Shown here piece by piece: positions 49,969 through 57,679 of a stretch of DNA of 57,679 nt. Origin of the DNA: Carcharhinus longimanus (lineage: Eukaryota); NCBI GenBank assembly GCA_030264375.1, contig JASCQW010000162.1, positions 38,349,430 through 38,407,108 on the forward strand. The letters run 5' to 3'. The stretch's first letter is position 1; each line of letters begins with the position of its first letter. Below the pieces are notes generated by a model. It made no database searches. It saw only the letters and a program-made list of their open reading frames with translations, and had not been told where the DNA came from. The position numbers and the translations under genes were made by a program.

Positions 49969-51849
49969 CTAAGTTATAAACACAATTTGTCAAACATAGT
50001 ACATTGAAATTGCCATTTTTTTTCTATTTTCAGTATTGTCTAATCTCTTTAAAATGAGATACATTCAATTTAATTAAATTTTGTAAACTAATTAGCAGGT
50101 AGCTTGCAACCTATAACAAAAAAAATCTTAGTTACTTTAATGATTTAAATAAAATGTGATTTATGGAGTGATGTAATGCAAACATGTGGCAACAATTCAT
50201 TCACAGCCAAATAGGTACTTACTTTGCAATTTGAGATGTAGTTTCAAATAGTAATTGTGAGCAAATAATGGGGTAGTAAAGTATCAAAAATCAAAGGGGT
50301 CTTAGGAAAAGTTGTCCATGCAATTCATTTTTTGTGGTGACCAAACATAGAGTAGCCACATTATAACTAACATAATATGTATTCATTATATTAATTAGGA
50401 AAGGCTGAGTAGCTTTAATGTTTAACACTTTTAGCACCAACTTATTTAGAAGTAGGAATATACATAACATAAAAGGCTTTTCAATGTGTTGCAGAAAATA
50501 CGTAATTTAAAGAGTCATTGAAGGCAGGCTGATGACAGTACAGAAACCAGCTGACACAGAGAATGCTCTCACAATCCTTTTAAACAGCTGAGTAAAAATT
50601 GCACATGATAAGTTGAGCAGTAGGAGAAAAGCAAGCTTTCTTACCACATTAGAACACAAAATGCTAATTACTGCTATAATAACTAATTATATATTTACTG
50701 TCACCTTCAGTTTCACAGAAAGGAAATAGATGCACCTACTTATAATTGCTTAATGGAATTACAGCAAAATTAACACTGTCACATTTTTGTGCAAACGCAA
50801 ATCTAAGTATCTGTGTGATGTGAATTCCTTTGGCCCCAGGTTAGCATACATTTTGAGTTTTAAGAATATATTGGGTGGTTATTCATAAGATTGTAATCAA
50901 CACCTGCACTCTATTACGCAGTGGTCATGGAGGTCAACTCCATCGTGGAAAAGAAAGCTGGAAATGGTGTGATATGTTGGTGTTGGGGAAGAGGGGGCCC
51001 AGTTTGGTGGTGGCGTGTGGGGGCTCAGTCAAAGAGAGAAAAAGGGTGTCTTTGAGTATGATGGAGATTGGTTTGCCTAAATCAATTACTACATTCAATT
51101 TTTTAATGCAAGTTCACACTTTGAAAAATTCTCTCAAACTTAAACTTAGTTCTCAATTTTGGACACATCAGACCAACTCAGCGGCTCATTAAAAATGGTG
51201 AGCATGACCCAATTCCAAAATTCCCATTTCTGCTCATTTTTGCCAACTTGGGATGAGACAGCCAGTCTACACACAACATTCCATTTTTGTAGCTCTATTA
51301 TGGGGGGAGAGTGGGTGAGTTCAAAACTCCCCATAATTTATTATGGAGTCAAGCCCCTTCTTTAAATATGTGTGGCTCACAGCACCTCAGAAAAGTCATT
51401 AGTAACAAAGGAGCTCCGCTCTCAAGTGGGAAAACCTTAAAAAAAAAGCCAGCTGCTCTTTGGTTGACAGGGTATGTGCTTCGAAATACAAAAAGTGTTC
51501 TTTCAGTTTCAATCGCTAACGTTATACTATAAGTTAGATGTATTTGTACTGCAGTGATTAATCATTGGGCTTGGTCCTGCAAAGGGTATGGTGACCATTA
51601 CATTGACCAGCATTGTGTTGCAAAGCATTTAGAGTACTTTTCCCATTGGGTAAAGGGCTATGCATTTGAAAATGAAGGAACTCTAATGCCATAATCTAAA
51701 GTAATTTAAATGAATGTCCATACTACTTTAATTTTTATAAAAATTGGTGGGCAACTTTGAGATAGAGAAAACAAATAATCACCTGCTTCTGAACTACCCT
51801 GACTGACAGGCCATTTAGTGCAGCTTAGAAAAAACCTATCCATTTGCTT

Positions 51850-53115
51850 TTTTTCTAGTTTCCAAAGGCTTCACTATCTTTAATTGTAAGAGTTTGTCTC
51901 GACAGCTGAGCCCATCATGAATGCTCGGCTAAGTTTCAAATGCTTAGGGAACCACTTAATCTTGGTAGGAGGTTGTATAAGCATTTTGGTTGAAAGCTCT
52001 GAAGGGTTATTAAAGGATTATTTGTTCTTGATATGGTTACTGAATAGATGTTTGTTTTTATCATTAAAATGTCCACTTGAGGGGACTGAACTTTTTCCTT
52101 GGGTCTAGAGTTTTATTTCTCAGTATGAAGTGTGTTTGAGTGACAGTTCTATTACTTTGTCAGTCTAGTCTTTTTTCAAGTACATTTCAAAACCTTACCG
52201 TTGCTAATGCATGATTTGGTAATTACTCATAGTGGGTGCTGGATGAGTGGCTATGGAGGGTACAACCAAAATCATGGGGGCTGAGGGACAAAAATCAGAA
52301 ATTTGTGATGAATGGCCATTTTATGGACTGAAGGGAGGTATACAGTGGAGTTTGATAAGGGATTACTGTTGTTTTTGATAAACTTTAATGAACTAGGCTT
52401 AAAAAACTTAGAAGTGCAGTAAACAGTGAGGATGATAATCGTTGATCTCAACAGGAACATAAGAACATAAGAAATAGGAGCAGGAGTCGGCCATCCAGCC
52501 CTTCGAGCCTGCCCCGCCATTCAATAAGATCNNNNNNNNNNNNNNNNNNNNNNNNNNNNNNNNNNNNNNNNNNNNNNNNNNNNNNNNNNNNNNNNNNNNN
52601 NNNNNNNNNNNNNNNNNNNNNNNNNNNNNNNACACAGACAATGACCCAAGCCAGGAATCGAACCCAGGTCCCTGGAGCTGTGAAGCAGCAGTGCTAACCA
52701 CTGTGCTACTGTGCCGTTCATGATCCATCCCCACATATCCCCTCCCCATAGCCCCTGTAATAACCCCCCCTCCCCAATGGCATGGCCTCTAGCACACTGG
52801 CAATGCCAACTGGGAGTGCCCAAATGGCCACTGCTGGGATGCCCGGTAGCCACCTGGGGGCTTTAGTGGCCTCTGATCGCCCAGCGTGTCACACCTGATC
52901 TTGAGACCAGTTTTTCCAGTTTCCAAAGGCTCCACTGTCTTCAGTTGTAATAGTTTGTCTCAACAGCTGAGCCCATCATGAATGCTTCGCTAAGTTTCAA
53001 ATGTTTAAGGAACTACTTAATCTCAGTAGGAGGTTGTATAAACACCTAAAAGGTTGACAGTTCCAAAGGGTTATTAAAGGATTTGTCTTTGATATGGTTC
53101 CTGAATAGATGTTTG
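51850..53115 (+). repeat. 205-bp direct duplication (51850-52054 and 52911-53115)
   Basis: Shared blocks cagctgagcccatcatgaatgct, ctaagtttcaaatg, gtaggaggttgtataa, gggttattaaaggat, ctgaatagatgtttg. Confidence 0.9.
52456..52717 (-). mobile_element. CR1 3' end, gap, then V-SINE head
   Basis: (aagaacat)n tail and aggagcaggagtcggccat before the gap; SINE tRNA head after it. Confidence 0.8.
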
Positions 53116-53380
53116 GAGACAAGTACTGATTCTCGTGCCTGAAGGTTGGAAGATTCCATGAACTGGGAGTCAAACTGGCTATGCATATTTAAATACTACT
53201 TTAAATATGCCAATTGGCATTGCACCTTTTCAAGATGTGATCCAGTTTGGGCATTGGAATGGGACCTAAAATATTGCAAACTGTTTGGTATTGAGTGCGA
53301 AGCCGATTTTTAGGCTTGCGTGCTATTTTCCAGGATCAGCGCAATCTGCACCAGGCGCAGCAAGGGCGGAAAATCGCCCG
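52735..53380. repeat. GC-rich shark MITE-like repeat
   Basis: Ends tgctattttccagga...aaaatcgccc, also seen at ~31330-31430; internal palindrome gcatatttaaa...tttaaatatgc. Confidence 0.45.
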
Positions 53381-53931
53381 AGGTGTTTAAATCATGCAGG
53401 GTTTAGATAGGGTAAATAAAGAGAAGTTGTTTCCAATAGCTGAGTATTAATAACTGGAGAGCAGAGATTTAAGTAACAGAGGCGACACAAGGAAACCCTC
53501 TTTATTTAATAAATCATTAGAATTCAGACTGACTGCCCAGTAGGATGGTGAATACAGACACAATAGTAGCCTTCAAAAGAGAAACAGCATTACTGGGTTT
53601 CTCTTTGAAAAATTCACTGCAAATTCAATGGTGCAGGTGGCCTCCTGTGCTGTACTACTTTCTGACTCTCCAGCTGATCTGTTTTACTTCATATTCTTTA
53701 ATGCACATATCTAACAAAAGATAAGTTGATGCAATCATTTGTCCCATCACCTGCTTTTCCTATCATGTCATACGTAAAGTGTAAACTTAAGATTAAAGAA
53801 GGTGAATCTGATTATAGAAATGGCATTTCTGCTGTAAGATGCATTCAGGGTTAGCAAGAGTGCCTAAATTGTAACAATCTGGTATTTCAAAAATGAGTTT
53901 ACAAATAACAAAGAAATTGTACTATACACAC

Positions 53932-54126
53932 CTTAATTCTTTCTGTATTTTGTGCATTGGTTGTTTTGGCCTCCATATGATACTTCAATTGTGTCTTTTG
54001 ATCTTTGATCCTTGCTTTCTGAGTTTTTATAATCTTCTCAAATTCAGCAACTTTTAGTCGCAATTCTCTATTGGCTCGTGACACTTCTGCAGATTTGGAT
54101 GTGGCATCAGAAAGGCTTTTTCTAAG
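53932..54126 (-). CDS. CCDC150: CCDC150 internal exon
   Basis: Acceptor ttctaatttcatag|, donor AAG|gtgtgt; 195 nt, phase 0-0; LRKSLSDATSKSAEVSRANRELRLKVAEFEK...NAQNTERIK. Confidence 0.9.
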
Positions 54127-54699
54127 CTATGAAATTAGAAAATTTTTATATATATGTTAATGAGAACGATGGTGGCTCTTTGCAAATATGACTTTCTGAA
54201 AGCAATACATAACTTTCCTATTCAAATAGAATTAAACTCCTGGAGAGGGTGGATTATAATATAAAATGGCTGGATGGGTTGGATGAGGGGAGTTAATGTT
54301 AAGAGAAATCTGTTTCACAATTCAAGCCCACTTCCAACCAGCTCATTTCCACTTTACCTGAGGCCAAAATTTGGGTGGGCAGCCAAGCCTCTCCAAGCTG
54401 GTGATCTGGACCTTCAAATATTTTAATGAAGTTATTATCATTTTATCTTAACAACACAAGAACATTAGAAATAGAAGAAGTTGTTTCCCAAAGTACCTTC
54501 TAAATGCCCGTCTTACAATGAACTTTGTAATAAGTTTAAGTATACCTGCTCCATAGTCTAGCAATTTGTTAATCACTTCACTAAGGTCACTAATTACCAA
54601 TAGAAATTATAAATGTTCCAAGTTATAAAAAAAAGCGCACATAATGATGGCACCTTATTACTCTCAAATTTCTCGTTAAAGATTTTGTACACTGACTAG

Positions 54700-55080
54700 T
54701 GTCAGCTGTGTCTCAGTTGGCAGCATTCTGAGTCAAAGTGCCAGGTTCAAGTCCCACTTCAGTACTTGAACACAAAAATCAAAGCTAACGCTCTAATGCA
54801 TTGTCAGAATTGTCAATTTTCAAATGAAATGTAAAACCAGGGCCTCATTTTCACATGTGAGTAGATGCAAAAGATCCCATAGCACTATCTCAAAGGCAAG
54901 CGCGGATGCTATCCGCTGTGTCCTGATCAATATTTATTCAGTCAACATCATCAACATCACAAAAAACATCTGGTCACTGTCACTCCCATTGCAGTTTGAG
55001 AGAGTTTGGTGTGCAGAAATTAGCTGCTATGTTTTCTACATTCTAACAAGTACTACACTTCAAATATACAATAACTCCTT
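54700..55080 (+). mobile_element. DeuSINE-like element
   Basis: Head ctgagtcaaag...ggttcaagtcccact, core aaaagatcccatagcactat...caatatttattc; tail displaced to ~55365-55440. Confidence 0.6.
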
Positions 55081-55528
55081 GCTTAAAGTTGTGGTTGCAT
55101 CCCTGAAATCACGACTTTAAGTGAATTATGGGTTCCCATAGGAATCAATGTGAAAGTTAGAATTAGGGTCCTTCGGACACTTCTCGCCCAGAAAAAAAAA
55201 TCTACAAATTTAAAAACTGGAATGCATATACGCAATGTTCATGGAGTAACTTTCAAAATAAATCTGGAGGAGGGGTGGGGCCTCAGACAAACGGGCCCTA
55301 AAGAACAAACAATGTTAAATGAAACAGCATTAAGCAGGCGATTTCAAGTGAGGACTTACTGTAATTCACTGGCTGTAAAGGGCTTTAAGACACCTGATAT
55401 TTGAGAAAAGCACTATAAAAATGTAAGCTTTTCTTTATCTTACACAAATTACTTCACTGTCAGTTTTGTCCAGTTCATGTACTTTGGTAGCTTTATTCTA
55501 TTTTGGGAAGATTGCAAACTAGACTTAC

Positions 55529-55655
55529 TTCTGCAATTTCTTTCTGACTGGCCTTCCTCGCAACCTCTCTCTCACATTGGAACTGTTTTTTTAAGGCTTC
55601 AATCCGCTCAGTGAAAACCTTTGACTCAATTTTAGCACTCTCAAGTTCTTGTTCC
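55529..55655 (-). CDS. CCDC150: Coiled-coil domain-containing protein 150, internal exon
   Basis: Acceptor ttctgcag|, donor GAA|gtaagt; 127 nt, phase 2 to 0; EQELESAKIESKVFTERIEALKKQFQCEREVARKASQKEIAE, like recalled human ERIEALRKQFQTERE. Confidence 0.88.
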
Positions 55656-55811
55656 CTGCAGAATTATTATGATAATCAGAATGAACAGGAAAGCAACAAG
55701 ATGCAGTTAATTTAATTTATACAGTCATTACCATGAAATGTAAGTTAAAGGATAATAGGTTACAAAATTATAGCAGCTGTGCCCAATATAGACCCTGTTC
55801 TAGACATGGAT

Positions 55812-56106
55812 AAAGTCCTACCAGTTTATTTGATAGTAAGCTCACAAGCTTTCGGGGTTTGCCTCTTTGTCAGGTGAGTAGAGAGTTCTGGTCTCAAACA
55901 GAGCATATAAAAGGCACACATAATTTACAGAATACCGATTAGAATGAGTCTTTACAGCTAACCTGCTATTCAAGTCTTAAAGATGCAGACAATGTGCGTG
56001 GAAATAGCATTAGGCATAGGTTAAAGAGATGTGTATTGTCAGGACAGTAAGTGAAATGTGAGACTTCTTACTGTGTTTACCCCAGTCCAGTGCTGGCATC
56101 TCCACA
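55812..56106. mobile_element. Penelope-like element: long antisense terminus plus short sense tail
   Basis: Homologous to 2070-2195, then switches to tgtgagacttcttactgtgtttaccccagtccagtgctggcatctccaca; hammerhead-like motif on the minus strand at 55841-55878. Confidence 0.75.
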
Positions 56107-57622
56107 TTTTGCAACTTCAACAGCTCAGCAAGCTTTCTGAAAAGTTCCAAATTGGATTACTACGCACAGGTGCCTTCCTTGAACTGACATGCCTAAACAG
56201 CATTCTTCTGTGGAATTTTACACCTGCTCTTCTCAAGTCCAAAATACCGGGATAATAAACTCCCAGAGTCTCTGACTCTGAGACTGCCATGTAACAAAGG
56301 AGGGCTATTGAGATTGAATATGCACAATGAAGTGCGAAAGCCATTCTTCCCTTCTATTGTATATCAATGGTTTTTGGAACTCCTTCACAGTGAAAAACCA
56401 TCATTTGCCTTCCATTGTGTATCAATGGCCATTCATCATATTCTTGAAACTGCCCTTGATTTTGAAACCCTTTACTCTGAAAGTGGAAAGAAGGCAGAAC
56501 TTCAGCAACAACATCACAACTGCAACAAAAAGCTATATCATCTTGCCTTCTCAAGGCTTGGGAGGCTTAAAGTTTTTTTAAAGCCTCCTCCAACCTGTTT
56601 TGAACAGCTCTGAGTTCACCTGTAAGAACTTGGACCTCAGTTACAACAACCATAAAGATCTGTCTACATGACTTGTTGATGTGAAGAAAAATAAGATTTT
56701 CCAATTTTCTTTCAATATCATTGTCATGTACTATGAAACAGCTTGTGTGCGTGAGTAGAGGTGTGACTGGTTCAATTAAACAGAGGAAAGTTAGACTGCA
56801 AGGATCACAATGTCAACAAAAGGTGGTATGAAAGCAAATGCGGTTGAAACAAAAATGAACAAAGCTAAGGTGAAGTGCAGTTGGGAAGCATGAATCGGAA
56901 TTTATATTAGACAGATAAGGGAAGTGAGTTAAAATAACATGTTGTATTACAAAAGGAACATATACAATTGGGAGATTGTAAATGGGTGAGGTCAAGTAGT
57001 AAGTTTATTTTTTAAATATAGTAGCCATAATGGAACATGAAAGATTGGCAAATTCTGGGAAAATGAATTTCTAAAGGAAAGTAGAAATAATAATGGAATA
57101 TTAAAGATTAATAAATATATTTAAAGGCAGTTGGTGTATTGCTATGAGAAACACATGAACTGCTAACTATTTTGTTTAGTTTTAATACTTGTAGATGTTT
57201 TTAATTGTGTCTTTCTTGAGTGTATGTTGTGTGATTAACATGGTGTAGACTTTCCAAAATTAACGTGTGAATAAATGATATTTCTTGTTTAATTCCATGA
57301 AAGTCTGCTGTTGGTGACTTCTAAATTGACGACACACTAATGGTGGTTAGAGAACACACATCAGCCTTATCACAATTAAGGATAGAAGGGAAAGGGAATT
57401 GGGGGTATCAATCTACCTTTCTCCCCTGTCCGTAATAAAAGTGCTTTTTTAGATTATTTCCTTTTTTCAGTTGTTAATTCCTTTTGGTTAGTTAATCTAT
57501 AATTTCCTGATTCATTCCTCAATTCCGTAATGTTTCAGATCTGACACACAGCATTGGCATTTGAGAAATTTTTAATATTAATTAGACTCCCAATTACTTC
57601 TCTGCCTGCTTCCTTGAAGGTT

Positions 57623-57679
57623 AGAACATAGAACACTACAGCACAAACAGGCCCTTCAGCCCACGAGTTGCGCCGATCA
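57623..57679 (-). mobile_element. CR1 LINE 3' end (runs off the window)
   Basis: tagaacatagaacactacagcacaaacaggcccttcagccc, reverse complement of the tail at 3340-3390. Confidence 0.85.

Noticed and set aside
56545-56620. Possible upstream CCDC150 exon (ELRAVQNRLEEALK) after cttacag
   Set aside because: Does not resemble the expected upstream CCDC150 sequence and the frame runs into TGA; the region looks like a LINE relic.
1-57679. CRISPR arrays, operons, rRNA or other prokaryotic/viral systems
   Set aside because: No repeat-spacer arrays or dense ORFs; the sequence is spliced vertebrate DNA.

Overview
Vertebrate genomic DNA, almost certainly a cartilaginous fish (shark-type HE1-like V-SINEs, DeuSINE-like SINEs, CR1/HER1-type LINE ends), from an assembly with many 100-N gaps. 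Two convergent intron-containing genes can be reconstructed exon by exon. On the + strand, exons 2-5 of an NCEH1/AADACL1-type carboxylesterase (14733-20038; HGGG, GDSAG, catalytic Asp and His intact; exon 1 not found, presumably upstream). On the - strand, the last seven (possibly eight) coding exons of CCDC150 (55655-39219). The rest is intron/intergenic DNA full of SINEs, CR1/L2 LINE fragments, LTR-like and MITE-like repeats. The most notable non-genic signal is a set of Penelope-like retroelement ends carrying minimal type-I hammerhead-ribozyme motifs, often as inverted pairs with target-site duplications. One has inserted into the ribozyme core of another. Hammerheads in Penelope-like elements are known in general, so this is an unannotated instance, not proven novelty. 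Other items: a 48-nt candidate CCDC150 cassette exon, orphan minus-strand exon-like units between the genes, a 63-bp-arm hairpin and a 205-bp locally templated insertion. All identifications are by eye and from recalled family knowledge; no database search was run.
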